Below are positions 1-27,365 of a stretch of 44,853 nucleotides of DNA, piece after piece. Below the pieces are notes generated by a model, which did not search any database, was not told where the DNA came from, and was given only the letters and a program-made list of their open reading frames with translations. The position numbers were made by a program, and so were the translations under genes. Where the stretch lies: contig NIVC01004470.1 in the NCBI GenBank assembly GCA_002269645.1, positions 1 through 44,853 of the forward strand, in the 5' to 3' direction. Source of the stretch: Macrostomum lignano. Taxonomy: Eukaryota. Numbering within the stretch: position 1 is the first letter of the stretch; the number at the start of each line of letters is the position of its first letter.

Positions 1-914
1 GCCGCAGCGTCAGGGCGCAACCTTCTTTTCTTACTTGGCCGCCTGCCCTCAGTGAATCTCGGGCTCAGTGCGCAGCTGGGCAGGCGGCAATCTGTGTTTG
101 TAAATCATGCCGGGCCATCAATTCCATTTGTTACTCGCTGGCCCAGTGTGCAGCCGCCTCAGCTAAGTTTTTGTCTGGCGGCTGCTGAGGCGGCCAAATC
201 AAAACGCCAGGCCCGGCGTCAGTTGCGCAGCCTGCAGGCAGTAGGAGAAATGGTGGCTGTGCGACCGCTCGGCTGTGAAATGTCACCGTTTTCAATGCAT
301 TGTTTCATTTGCTTGCAGATGAGGATGCGGCGAATCAGAAAGTTTCGAACTTTTGTGGGCACCTTCGATTTTGATGCAATTATTGCGATATGCCCAAAAT
401 GATCAACCATGATCAGCTGAAACCAGGGAGACGGAGCTGAGTGAAGCGGACTGAGGTCTCCTCTATTGCGCTTCCACCTGCCAGTCTGATAAAATAATAG
501 CTGCACAATTATATTATTATTGCCATTGCCTTTCATCGCCCCACAGCAGCAAGGCCTGAATGAGGCTGTGAATTTGGCTGGCAGGCAAATCAGCTGAAAT
601 TCCCCGTTCATCCAGGCTGAGGTCACGTGACAGCCACGCAATACCCTTTCAGCATGTTGGCCCGCGCGTCTGTTGTTGACGCTACTATCATCATACAATT
701 ATTTATGATTAGCCGGAAGTAATAAAATGCATGTTACACTGTATTCAGCAGTACAATACGGCAATTCTGAATCAGAGACCTATGCTCAGGCCAGACCAGC
801 TTCTTCCAGACCGATCGGGGGGTGACGCTTGAGTGCACTATGGTCCTCTTATAATTTAATTTAACCTGATGTGAATAGGTTTTGAAGGCTATCAAATTGG
901 CAGTATTAGGAACC

Positions 915-2119
915 TAAGCACAACCCTGAGCGCAACCCTGATCACAAACCTGAGCACAAACATGAGCACAACCCTGAGCACAACCCTGAGCACAACCCTG
1001 AGCGCAACCCTGATCACAAACCTGAGCACAAACATAAGCACAACCCTGAGCACAAACCTGAGCACAAACATGAGCACAACCCTGAGCACAACCCTGATCA
1101 CAAACCTGAGCACAAACATAAGCACAACCCTGAGCACAAACCTGAGCACAACCCTGATCACAAACCTGAGCACAACCTGAGCACAACATGAGCACAACCC
1201 TGAGCACAACCCTGATCACAAACCTGAGCACAAACATAAGCACAACCCTGAGCACAACCCTGAGCGCAACCCTGAGCACAACCCTGAGCACAAACCTGAG
1301 CACAACCCTGAGCGCAACCCTGAGCACAACCCTGAGCACAACCCTGAGCACAACCCTGAGCACAAACATAAGCACAACCCTGAGCGCAACCCTGAGCACA
1401 ACCCTGAGCACAAACCTGAGCACAACCCTGAGCGCAACCCTGAGCACAACCCTGAGCACAACCCTGAGCACAAACCTGAGCACAAACATAAGCACAACCC
1501 TGAGCACAAACCTGAGCACAAACATGAGCACAACCCTGCGCACAACCCTGATCACAAATCTGAGCACAAACATAAGCACAACCCTGAGCACAACCCTGAG
1601 CACAACCCTGAGCACAAACCTGAGCACAAACCTGAGCACAAACCTGAGCACAAACATAAGCACAACCCTGAGCACAAACCTGAGCACAACCCTGAGCGCA
1701 ACCCTGAGCACAACCCTGATCACAAACCTGAGCACAAACATAAGCATAACCCTGAGCACAAACCTGAGCACAAACATAAGCACAACCCTGAGCACAACCC
1801 TGATCACAAACCTGAGCACAAACATAAGCACAACCCTGAGCACAACCCTGAGCGCAACCCTGAGCACAACCCTGAGCACAAACCTGAGCACAACCCTGAG
1901 CGCAACCCTGAGCACAACCCTGATCACAAACCTGAGCACAAACATAAGCACAACCCTGAGCACAAACCTGAGCACAAACATGAGCACAACCCTGAGCACA
2001 ACCCTGATCACAAACCTGAGCACAAACATAAGCACAACCCTGAGCACAACCCTGAGCGCAACCCTGAGCACAACCCTGAGCACAAACCTGAGCACAAACA
2101 TAAGCACAACCCTGAGCAC
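915..2119. repeat. 12-bp minisatellite, about 100 units (CTGAGCACAACC / CTGAGCACAAAC / CTGATCACAAAC / ATAAGCACAACC / CTGAGCGCAACC variants)
   Basis: Tandem unit read directly. It explains the STTL, VLRV and CAQG ORFs on both strands. Confidence 0.97.
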
Positions 2120-3440
2120 ATGTGCTCACGTGGTGTACACATTTACTAACTTTCTCATCGTCAGGCAGTGTACTCGTACTGTCTCAGCTCCTGGAAACGT
2201 AGTTGACTTCGATCAATGCGTAAATCGCACAATTCCAGGTCAAAATCTCAATAAGATGAACGAATCTTTTTGGTGCGAGGGTCGATCGGGCGTTCGGAAA
2301 TCACGAAATCACCTACCATAGTGGTTGTTCCACATAGACAAGAACTATACTCATTTTTCATGGATGCGCACGAATATGCTTGTAAATTTACAAAAGTGTA
2401 AATTTATATTTATGCCATCTGTGCGTGTGTGCGAGTTTTCGATTAGAATTCCTTACTAGAATTATTAGAGTTCATGCGACACTTGAAATCTCGTGAGTAC
2501 TGGACGAACTCGGAATGCAATGATTGATTAAACTCTTGTTGGACAACTCTACACAATGACACTTTACACAGGCAAACTTTGTCCGAACTTCTTCGATTCA
2601 ATCCCCTTTGTTCGCGAGGAGTCACGAGGACAGCTTAAACTTATTCATGATTGTGTAAATGGATTGTTAACTAATTTAGGTACAATTAAATGTACAATCA
2701 AGGACTAATCAAGCAGAAGAAAGGGAAAAGTCGCTTCTTGGAAAATTTTAGGAGGCAAGTTTTTCCGAAAAAGAAACTTCGGGGACATGAGTTTTTAATT
2801 TTTCTGCGCAAAAATGTTATTGCTTTCGATTGTGTTTTTGAATTCAAACTGCATTCCAGCTCAAATTCGATTGATTTTCTCTCCGGCTACGCATCTGTCT
2901 TAACAATGACAAATGTTTTTTGGAATAAATTCAGAATATAATCCATGTTCTTGTATTGAAGTCACATTGACGCACATGAACACCTTAGTCCTTACTGCCA
3001 AATTTACTAATTACAGATGCTCATGTTCTAACATTCATTGAATTTCCGAGCTTATTTATAAAAAATAAAATAATGGTTTAAACAAAATGTCATGGCTTTG
3101 AATTTACTAGCTACAAAAGATTTTATTTTTTGTTATAAAAATAACAAATAGTGTTAGGAATAAAATAATTTTAAACTTTTGATCTGAAAGTTTTGTTTCT
3201 AAATAGCGTAGGCTGACATATTCAAGGTGCTTTTGAGCTAAATGTTTTTCAAAAAGTTTTTTACTTTGATGATTTGGTGACTAAAATTATCCCCAAAAAC
3301 AAAATCGATTAATCATATTTTTTCCATTTATTATCCTTTCCGCGGAAACTTTGACGAAAATGTCGCGGAAATGTGACGATCTAGGATAACCAGCCTGAGC
3401 AGCCAACGAGAGCTCATAAGTGGCTAAAGCATTTTATGCA

Positions 3441-16992
<13,552 letters not shown>

Positions 16993-17672
16993 GCTGCAGA
17001 GACCTTGGAGATGTCTAATTCGACTTATTCGATTCCACTTTCATTCTTTGTGACCGCTTAAACGCGTTAGAGTAGTTGCTCTGCGGCGGAGTGCAACTTT
17101 GAATGACCTATGTGGACCTGAGGCCAACTTGTGTCGCTTGGGGTGACCTGGATTGATCTTGACCTGGATTGACCCCGTGAGATATAGGTTGACCCGCTGT
17201 GACTTGGATTGACCCCTCGGGACCTTGTGCGACTTGGATTGAACTCATTTGACCTCTTGTGTTTGTGTTCATATGTTTTTTATAATAGCCTCTTGTGCCT
17301 CAGCAGAGGTGGGTCTCAGCAGATGGGGCCTCAAACGGTCCACTATTTCGTTTTAAACTCTTTTCATTGCGCTGCGCGCCTGCACAGAGTTGCACATTTT
17401 ATTTCCGAGCCTTGCTATTTTCTTCTAGTATTTTTCTTGATTTCAGGCTTAGTCTTTGTTGCTGATTAGCTGCCGCCTTTCACTTTGCTGGTCAGTTTAG
17501 TGCCAATGTTCAACTCTGATTGTTTCTGAGCTACCTTTCGAGCTCGCCACCGCTCCATCTGGCACGTCCGGTACGTGGTTTCACTTCTTTAGTTTTTTTC
17601 GGTTTACAAAGCTCGATTTTTTTAGGATATCGATATGTACACTGACAACGATTGACAGTACATGCACTGCAG

Positions 17673-17830
17673 CAGGGGTGCCGCCATGGATGATATGGTT
17701 GGGGGGGGAACTTAACTGAAAATCTTACACGCAAAAATCCTGTATTATTTTGGGAATTTGTGTTGGTAATCCGCTTTTAGTACTGATTTTGGGCGCTGCA
17801 GGCACTCATTTTGGCTTATTTTGGCGTCCT
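17673..17830. mobile_element. Truncated relative of the MITE at 3981
   Basis: 5' end CAGGGGTGCCGCCATGGA resembles TAGGGGCGTCGCCATGGA. One internal unit GCAGGCACTCATTTTGGC at 17798-17815. No right TIR or TSD found. Confidence 0.55.
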
Positions 17831-18301
17831 TGAGCTAAATTCTTGATTCTTGGAAAGTTAAGCCAGATGACACTCCAATGGGTGATGCGTGACTTCGAAC
17901 GTATCTGTGCCAGGGGTCAGCGGATGGGTGTGACTGCTGGCCTCGCTGGTTGCGGGGGTTGAAGCTGTCACCGCGGAAGGTGCACCAACACCCACTGTGC
18001 TGATGCTGCAAAAAGTCATTTCCTTTGTTAATTCGGCAATTTTTGCTTTTTGAAATTTGTCAGAACTGTTGCGAATTAAATATTACAAGCTTGTTCAAAG
18101 TGCTCAATATACTGGCAAATATATTTCTTTAGAGAATTCAAATTCATTTGAAATTGCTTAAAAAGTCGAACTATCCCGCTGTGGAGTCTTTTTAGTGCTT
18201 TAATTCACTGCATCCCGGTTTGACAGCAAGTTGGCTCTGTGCTGTACTGTATCGTATCGTACGTTCAGGTGACGGCTGAAGCACGTGGAGCAGCTGGAGA
18301 T

Positions 18302-18940
18302 GACTCTGGAGGCATGACTAAGATGGCAAAGGGGGCGGCAGTTTAAGGTGACTCTGGAGGCATGACTAAGATGGCAAAGGGGGCGGCAGTTTAAGGTGAC
18401 TCTGGAGGCATGACTAAGATGGCAAAGGGGGCGGCAGTTTAAGGTGACTCTGGAGGCTTGGCTAAGATGGAAAAGGGGGCGGCAGTTTAAGGTGACTCTG
18501 GAGGCTTGGCTAAGATGGCAAAGGGGGCGGCAGTTTAAGGTGACTCTGGAGGCTTGGCTAAGATGGCAAAGGGGGCGGCAGTTTAAGGTGACTCTGGAGG
18601 CTTGGCTAAGATGGCAAAGGGGGCGGCAGTTTAAGGTGACTCTGGAGGCTTGGCTAAGATGGCAAAGGGGGCGGCAGTTTAAGGTGACTCTGGAGGCTTG
18701 GCTAAGATGGCAAAGGGGGCGGCAGTTTAAGGTGACTCTGGAGGCTTGGCTAAGATGGCAAAGGGGCGGCAGTTTAAGGTGACTCTGGAGGCTTGGCTAA
18801 GATGGCAAAGGGGCGGCAGTTTAAGGTGACTCTGGAGGCTTGGCTAAGATGGCAAAGGGGGCGGCAGTTTAAGGTGACTCTGGAGGCTTGGCTAAGATGG
18901 CAAAGGGGGCGGCAGTTAAGGTGACTCTAGAGGCTTGCGC
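18302..18940. repeat. 48-bp minisatellite, about 13 units
   Basis: Unit GACTCTGGAGGCTTGGCTAAGATGGCAAAGGGGGCGGCAGTTTAAGGT. Confidence 0.96.
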
Positions 18941-19915
18941 GAAGATGAAAAATGGGGCAGTTGAAGGTCACACTGAGACTTGGTGGCGCTGGATACACAG
19001 GTGACGTCAGAGACTTGTCCGTACGTTGGGGGTATTTTCTTGGCAGAATGTAAAAGTACTTTGTTTGATCAACAAGCTGTTTACCTATTCTTGAAAAGCC
19101 TTTAGATAACGCTTTTCCGAGTAAGCTTTGTGCACTAAGATCTCTTTCTGCTCGATCTTATCTCATGCTCAAGAGCCCGCTGCAGGACCTTTGCTCCCTC
19201 GGGCCGTTCCAGTCGAAAGAACAAGAGCTGTGAAAATACACCTCTCGATTGTCCTCCATGAAAGCAACAGAAAATTCCAAGCTTGCAAAGAAGAACATGC
19301 GAAAATACTAGCTCGCGTCTCCACTCTGACGCAGCAGCCAGGGCAGAAGAAAGCCCTAAGCCTCAGGACCGAATGCACAACTCACCCTCCCTGCTGCCCC
19401 CACTGGCGCCAGAGCTTTTTCGGAGAATAACAATTGCTCAGCTCAAGGCAACTGCATTCCAGGCTGCTTGTGTGTGGGCTGTTGCTGAGCCCAGGGCATT
19501 GTGGGCGATTAACCAGTTGTTAATCTATGGCGCCGCTCTCAACAGAAACATTGCTGCTCGTACATTCTACCCCCCCCAAGCTGACAAATAGACTCCATGG
19601 ACTACTAAAGCACAAACTTGATGGGAAAGGATATGACCAAGCTGCGTACACCCAAGTATGCAAAGCATCTGCTAGTCATTGAAACAGAAAAAGCCAGGAG
19701 TTCTATGGAGCACAATATATTGACATGCGGGCTGGGAATAGCGATGTGAAATGGAAATAGCGATTTCCAATCCAGATGCTTAGGTGCAGTAATCCATGCG
19801 CCACGGGCAAAAAATTTTATAAATTTATAGCTGTGTCTCCGCCTGTGCAGGACCCTGAGACAACGGATCGCAATTCCAAGAAATCTCTGCTTGCCAAACC
19901 CAGAAGCCCGCAGCC

Positions 19916-20263
19916 ATGCTAGCAAACCCTCTGGCTCAAGTCCTGGCAGTCAGCCTTCTGCTCGTGGCCTTCGCAGCCCCAGCCACGGCGCAAGTAAAGG
20001 AAGGCGACACCCTGTGCTTCTCGTGCGACCAGTGCAGCTCGGTGGGCATCACCACCCCCACTGCCACGGGCCGCTACTGCCGCAAGTCGGTGACGCTGGG
20101 CGAGACCAGCAGGGCCGCCGTGAGCTCCTGCACCCCGATTCCCAAGATGGTGTACTGCTGCAACACCGCCCTGTGCAACGCCGGGCCTGCGCGCCCTGCT
20201 GCCGGCGTTGCCATGGTGATGGCGTCGACATTTGCTGCGATGGTCACCGCGCTGTACTTATAA
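19916..20263 (+). CDS. Ly6/uPAR (three-finger) domain protein, probably GPI-anchored, intronless CDS, 115 aa
   Basis: Hydrophobic signal peptide, CxxC near the mature N-terminus, terminal CCNTALCN motif, then a small-residue omega region and hydrophobic tail. Eight Cys. GC-rich codon usage. Confidence 0.85.
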   Translation: MLANPLAQVLAVSLLLVAFAAPATAQVKEGDTLCFSCDQCSSVGITTPTATGRYCRKSVTLGETSRAAVSSCTPIPKMVYCCNTALCNAGPARPAAGVAMVMASTFAAMVTALYL

Positions 20264-21325
20264 CTAACTGTTATCGAATTTCTGAGCACTGCTTTTTCAT
20301 TCAATTGATACAAAGTATCCATGCCTATGACACTTCATGAAGAAATCAGATCATTCATTGGTGTGTTGCACAAAATTATAAATTTTACCGTGTTATCGCT
20401 GCATATCCCATTTTGGCTATGTGCTGCATACTCAAGCGTTGGGGCTCAACAGAAGTAGCTTTGAGTCTACACGGAAATCTCAGGTGTTTTTTAAGTGACA
20501 CCTCTTCAGGGGCAATAGATAAATCCTTACGGGTCATGGAGAAGTCTTTGAGGGCAAGAGTGGCATCACCTTGGAGTCATGGGAGATCTCTTAGCGAAAT
20601 ATGGGACACTAAAATGGCTCACCTGTCTCTGAAATAGAAGGGAAAAGGGATTTTCAAATGCTTCTTTCCCTAGAGTATGTAAAAGTCGTCACATTCAGCT
20701 CTGCACCTCTATTTGCACCCCTTTAATAAATAAATTCTTATGAGATCAGCTTTATATTGCTGTCAGACAAATAAATGCATGATTTGGCTTGCATTCATAG
20801 CCGCGGTGACAGCCAGGTGAGCGGTACTCGAATGGCATCTCATACCTTCTTTTTGCATACATGCGGCATATGCCGTATTCCATGCGGCTGTGACAGCCTT
20901 TTAACTTGAATTTGCCCAGAATAAACTTGAAAATAAATAACTGCGAGCGCAGACGAAACAGTCGAGAATTCATCTTCTCGAGGTGACATCCCAGTTACTC
21001 GTGAACTTGTACATGTACGCCGTATTAGCAGACTCCTATTAATGGCTTTCTCGCTCAGTCAGCAGTGCATAAGTCAGGCGTGTCACACAGATCACTTGAA
21101 GAAGCGTGCTGCCAGACTGAAACATGAGAACACCCTGGCTGTATGCAAAGCTCGCGATACGGGCAGCAATGCCCAAGGTGCGGAACAGAAAACGGTCACC
21201 CCAGGAGTTTATAAGTCAAGCGCTGGTGCTCATTTGCTCCAAAACTACGATTACCGCGGACCAGCATCGGTGACTCGCTCCAGCCTGGCCGCGAGCTCCT
21301 TAGTGACTCCCTAGGGGCAGGGCTT

Positions 21326-21684
21326 AGGGGGCCGTAGCCCAGCGGTCTAGCGCAGGCTCAGGTGTGCCAGCGACCCAGGCTCGATTCCAAGTGCAGTCAC
21401 ATTAATTTGGGGCTGAATTGGAATCTCGGCTTGGCTCTTCTCGTGCAATTAACGGCCTTGAGAGACAACCCCCCAAGGCGCAGTGAAGTGTACATGCCTA
21501 ACGATAAAATAAAGTTAGGGACGCTGTACACTCCTGTGTGAGTGTGTGCCTGCGTACATATCCGCGCGCTTGTGTGCCTGCTCAGGGGAGTCGGCGGAAT
21601 GGGCAGTGATGCCTCTCGCCGGTTTTGTGCCTATGTCGCTTAAAGTGCGCCAAGGTGCACACAACCCCCTGCCTCTAATAAAAA
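21326..21684 (+). mobile_element. tRNA-derived SINE, copy 3
   Basis: A box TAGCCCAGCGG, B-box-like GGCTCGATTCC, tail CCTCTAATAAAAAA. Perfect 13-bp TSD AGGGGCAGGGCTT at 21313-21325 and 21685-21697. Confidence 0.92.
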
Positions 21685-22870
21685 AGGGGCAGGGCTTTGA
21701 AGTCAGAGGAAAACACCCCCATTGAGGACATGCTGCGACAGGCCGTAGGACGCGCAAAACTGGCTGGTCCCAGCAGCTTTGGGGTTAAAATCATTGGTGG
21801 CTGGTGACGGGAGGCGTACATCATCGTGTATTTCACTTCAAAGTTGCAACGCACCTGCTTTGCATTGATGCATACACTGTGGAAATATAAATACCAAATA
21901 TTTCATTCGTTGCATGGTGCAATGAATGGGGTCCCTTGGTCAGCAATCTGTCCAAGTTCTTTGAGCTGAAACATCCGCGTCAAATACTATTTCAACAGAA
22001 AGCTACAGAAGATGCACTAGCTTAAGTGCCTAGTCTATAAACGTGCGCAACGATCTATAGATTAAACGGCTACTAGACCAAAGTATAGTCTGAACGGGAG
22101 CCACGGCCGAGCAATGGTTCCGGTTTTTCGTTCATTCCTTTCTTGTCACCGTTCGCTCCTCAATCGGCTCTCCTAAGTCCTATCAGTTTTAAAGTTGTAA
22201 GTCCCGGCTACAGTTTTTTAAGTGTTTTTACTGTGTACTAAGTACCAAGTGTAGTATTTTACTCACTCCGAGACCAAAAAGCGCCTTTACACCCTTAGTT
22301 GCCCCACTCTACTCTCAATCCTTCTCTTTCTTTCGTTCTTGGATGGTACTAAATCTGAACTCCATGTGCATTACCATATGCAAAGTTTGAAATTTTGGTA
22401 CTTATGCAACTTATGTCAATTTTTTTGAAGCTGGTAGTCAGTAAACGGTAGAAAATGGTAGTCAGTTTCGCCTCTCTCTACGCCACATGCCCTTGGTAAC
22501 GCACAGTTTAATATGCTTTTCGAAGTTCTGCTTTTCTTCCCTTCACATCCGCAAGATTTGTTTCTGATTTTCAGATTGAAGAGCGCTTCTTTAAGCAGTC
22601 GTTTGTGCAATAGATGGGCATATGATTGAAATACTTCGGTCCGATAAATTTTATGAAACATTCAGTCCGATACTGGACGTAGTTATCAGTCGAAGAGAGG
22701 ATCTTAAGGCTACCCTCAATTCGTTCAGGGAACAGTATCACAATTTTATTGAATAATGACACCTAATAAATGAGTGCACAATTTAATGATTGATGTACCT
22801 ATTGAAAAAGCCGATTTAGTCCTCCACATGAGAGAGAACTGCGCATTGTCAAGCGCTTCAAGCAGAAAGT

Positions 22871-25629
22871 TCACTCCTTTCGGTCATCCAGGAGCTTCAG
22901 CACAGCCTGGCATTTCTCAGCTGCGTGCTTTTGAAGTTCCTCTGCCTCGGAGTCCGTTTTCGCTTTGAAATCGGCGTCTTCAACGCTCACGAGATTCGTG
23001 CGAACATTGCAGCATGCGCCAAAGATCGCTGTCTCCATGCACTTGGCTGCCACCTGGGAGCGGAAAAAGGGGGGAAACTCATGATAAATCCAGGTAATTC
23101 TGGCTCATTCTCATGGTCAGGTCTGACTGACCAGACACTGAGTGAATCAAGATTCACTGCCGAGTGATGGAGCTTCTCGTCCGCTCACCTGCACATCAGA
23201 TCGGCAGTTGAGGTTGACAACTTTGGCCAGCTCTTCAAGCTGCTCCCAGCGGGCCGCCACCTCCCTGGCGAGTTCAAGCGGAACCAGCGCGCAGTCGCGC
23301 AGCAATTCCTGCTGCTTTGCCGGCTCCGCCTTGGCTTTGCAGGCCGCCATGTAGGCATCGAAGGCTTCGGTATCCCGGTCAACAAATGGCAGCAGACTGC
23401 GGCAGCCGGAGTACATCGGCGGCAGGAGCTGGCGCATTTTGCCGTCCAGGTGTTCGAAGCGCCGATTTCCGTAGGTGAGAAGGCCGCCCATGGCTCCAAG
23501 CCCGACACCCAAGGCGCCGACCAGAGCGCTAACTGAGCCGCCTCCCGGCGCCGGCGTTCGCGAGCCGACGGCGCGAACGAAGGCACCGACACTCAGGCCA
23601 GCCAGCGGCCCAGCAACTCCGCTGTCAACCAGATACTCGATGACGCGCTGCTTTGGATCGAAGGGACCAAGCGACGCGAGGCCCAGCCTGTCAACGGCCA
23701 GACGCACCCGCTGGTCCTCGTCAAGAAGCATGAGGCCTTCCTCGGCTGCGTAGTGCTCGGCACAGTCCATCAGAGACTTCAGCGGCAGCAGGCCGACCGC
23801 CTGGGAGCCCGCCACGGCCAGGCCGAGCTTTGCCGCGTCGCTGCGACACTCCTTGAACACTCGGTGCAGCGGAGTCACCTGGCAAAGGTTTAGAAAGGTT
23901 TATCTGCAGGGTCGGAATGGAAGATCATAAGCCTCCCATGATCAGGAACGGCCGGGACTGAAGGCGAAATAGTACGAAATAAAGGTCAACAAAAACAACA
24001 AAACTGCGTCTTGGCTTTCCGACATAATGCACTCACAGCGCTCCCACTTGCACTCGAGTTGGGGAGAATCGCATTGGCTAGAATGTGCTAAAAAGTAAAG
24101 TGGTCAGCACCCAAGTTTGGGGTAACGTGGGAACAAGACAGCCCAGCCCGAGCCACAGAGTTGACCGAGGCACTAGTGACGGCATGGGAACGTATGAAAA
24201 GGCATGACCCAGAGCGCTGCACAAATACGTGCAACTATTTAACTTTGAAAATAGCTGTTGCTTGGCATCAGACTAGAAGTATCCGCAGCCATCCTTTTCC
24301 ACACGTAAAGCAGCATTGTGATGGTTATGAATTGACACAAGCCGAAGAAGGGCTTGGCTTCTTCATCCTAAGGTTCAAGAACAAGAACACGTGATAAATC
24401 TAACAAGTATCATAGCTAGACACAGATGAATATTTTGTCCATTAGAAGACCAGTTCTTAATAGCTTTATCGCTCGAGCACAAAAAAGCGATTCACGAGGA
24501 TAAGAAGAATGATGTGTTCTTAGTGTTTCGAAAAGCTCACCTCAAAGTCGAGAATATTGACGGACACCTGGGCCAGATTGTGCTCGTCAAGGTACCAGCC
24601 GATACCCTGCACTCCAGTCAGACGTCCGGGCTGTCCTGGGCCGCGGCCCTGCTCGCGGATGTTCAGCGCGATGCGGTGCGCCTGCTCCTTGGTGCCCAGC
24701 ACGTTTACGTTGTACGCGATGAGGAACTTCCGGGCGCCGACCATTGAGGCGCCCCAGGCCGGACGCGACTCGGCCGGTCCGAAGTCTGGCCGCCACTCCG
24801 GCTGGTCGAGGCGAGCTGCCAGTCCTTCATACTCCCCGCTGCGGATCTGCGGCACGCTGCGTCTGTAGTCCGCGGAGGCCGCAAAGCCGTAGAGAAAGAT
24901 CGGGACGTCCAGCTCGCGACCGAGGCGCTCGCCGAGTCGCCGCGCACAGTCCACGCAGTCCTCGGTGGTGGCGTTGCGGACGGGCACGAACGGGCAGACG
25001 TCCATGGCGCCTAGACGTGGGTGCTCGCCTGAAATTCGGGATAGTAGGGATCAAAACGTGTGCTTTAATTATTTGCATACCTGTGTCTTAGCTTGGTCAA
25101 GCCATTCTCTTGATTGTACGGGCAGCATCTTCGGGATTAGCTCGTTTATGAGATGATGCTATTTATAGTCAATATCATATCAATATTTTAGTGAGATACA
25201 GTGCAGTATCGCAACATTTTAGAGGAAAATGTGCGGTATGAAACTTGTGATATCGTAGAAGCAGAAAATATTTCAAAATGAAATTACATCGTCATATCGT
25301 CAACACGATTCATAAAGAGGAGTAGAATATAGGATGGTATCAAGTGAATACCTCGAGCCTTGATGTCAAAGGTGAACACAACCCTTACCGCTGTGATTCC
25401 GCATGTCAATCAGCTGTTGGGCGACGCGAGCGGCATTGAAGGCCGCCTCTACAACATCTTCTGGACCGCCCACGAAGGTGTACACGGTGCGGTTGGTGGA
25501 TGCGCCGGGGTCCACATCCAGAAGTTTGACGCTCTTAGTGGCTGAGATAGCGGCAGCAATGCGGTCGATGGTGTCCTTGCAGCGGCCCTCAGAGAAGTTC
25601 GGCACGCACTCAATCAGCTTCTGCGACAT
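22871..25629 (-). CDS. FTCD: Formimidoyltransferase-cyclodeaminase, 4 coding exons, 533 aa
   Basis: Exons 25629-25389, 25028-24541, 23878-23189, 23053-22871 are phase-consistent (1602 nt). Hallmark motifs [49 protein letters not shown]. Probable 5' UTR intron 25725-25645. Confidence 0.97.
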
Positions 25630-26961
25630 TGTGCTGTTCCACTGCTCGTTTGAGAACAAAAAAGAAAAGCTTTTGAGGACCATACACGCGCAAAACTCTC
25701 AGGACCCTCGCAAGACCTTACTTACCTTCAAATCTCCTTAGCAAAACAGTTCTTAAGAACACTAAAGAGTGGAGCTTTTCTGGCCACAGCTGATCCGCTT
25801 CTTGCAAAGTGGGGGCGTCTCTGTCCGTCCCTCCGTCGCACTTCTTTATAAGCTCTGCTGGCTCTTTGTCTAGCCACAGATATATTTCAGCCCGCTCACC
25901 AACCCAATCCAGGGTCGGGTTGGAGGGCCAGGGCAGCGGACTAACCTACAGAACCGCGCTGGGGTTGCAGCGTTGCCTGTCAGCTCTAAGGGTAGTTTGC
26001 CAGCTGGCTCTGTCTGTTGAATCCTTCACTGCAGAGGCTACTAACTAAGCAGAAACCCAGTTGTGGCAAACAATATGCGCAGCGAATATCTAAACAACAC
26101 CGCTTGCTGTGCGCATAATTAGAAGGCTACCGTGGCTTATCGAGAAGTTTGATCCGAGTGTTGTGTCATTGCGGCGGTGCTTCAAGTGTAGGGGCCTGTT
26201 TAGCCTTCTTAGCTAGTGTATAGAGGGTAGGTCAGGCTATACAGTGCCGCCTGCGCCCTGCATGTTTCAAATAACAATGAAGAAGTGGCTAAAATTGCAT
26301 GTTGCGGTTTAAAGTACGGCACGGATAATTTTTGGTTCGAATCGTTATCAGAGTGGACAGAATGAACAGAGTGAATGTAAAGTACATGTAGAGCTAAAAA
26401 ACATAAGCTTGTTTGCATAATAAAACTAATAATATAAAATTTCGATTACACCTGTCCCAATTGAGCCAGATGTGCAACCGACAGCTCAGCCACAGCTATT
26501 GCGCGGCGCATCTGACGGCTGCGCTGCGTACGGCTGTTCAGTCCAAGGACTGGGGAGGTGGGTCGCCACACTCACCCTCAATTACCTAATCTAATTATCT
26601 ATTATCTAAATTTCAATTATCTAATCTTAATATAATTTAGGGACTATTGTAGGGACTATTAAGAATCGGATTTAGGTTAGGTAATAAATGGTAGGAAATT
26701 AGGAAATTGCAATGCTATCAGAGCGTGGTGGAGTGTAGCAGTTGTGGACAGCTGCACTCTTACAAAGAGCCACAGGTGCTTGATGACGGTATTATGAAGT
26801 CCAGGCTGCCCTAAAAGTCTGCTTCCACTTTAAAGGGTCTTTATGTCTTTCATGCGGGGCGGGGATCCAACTACATCCAATACTAAAGATATTTCAGATG
26901 ACGCACAAGTGGGAAGGTCCGTGGGAATCGGCTAGAATTACGAGTCTAGGAACCCCACCAA

Positions 26962-27365
26962 TAGTGTCAATAGTGTCAATAGTCACCGTGTCAACAGTCA
27001 CCGTGTCAATATAGTCACCGTGTCAATAGTCACCATGTCAATAGTCACCATGTCAATAGTCACCGTGTCAATAGTCACCGTGTCAATATAGTCACCGTGT
27101 CAACAGTCACCGTGTCAACAGTCACCGTGTCAATAGTCACCGTGTCAATAGTCACCGTGTCAATAGTCACCGTGTCAATAGTCACCGTGTCAATAGTCAC
27201 CGTGTCAACAGTCACCGTGTCAATAGTCACCGTGTCAATAGTCACCGTGTCAACAGTCACCGTGTCAATAGTCACCGTGTCAACAGTCACCGTGTCAATA
27301 GTCACCGTGTCAACAGTCACCGTGTCAATAGTCACCGTGTCAATAGTCACCGTGTCAATAGTCAT
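26962..27365. repeat. 15-bp minisatellite, about 26 units
   Basis: Unit GTCACCGTGTCAA(T/C)A. Confidence 0.95.

Noticed and set aside
52-698. ORFs 52-402 and 219-698, and a minus-strand peptide LSRDLSLDERG...QALLLWGDE
   Set aside because: Possibly exons of a gene leaving the window, but I could not establish a consistent splice chain or recognisable domain.
892-2321. Long ORFs on both strands (VLRV, CAQG, STTL)
   Set aside because: Stop-free translations of the 12-bp array; no signal peptide or splice support found.
21328-21400. tRNA gene
   Set aside because: tRNA-like head continuous with the SINE body and flanked by a TSD; no proper acceptor stem or anticodon arm.
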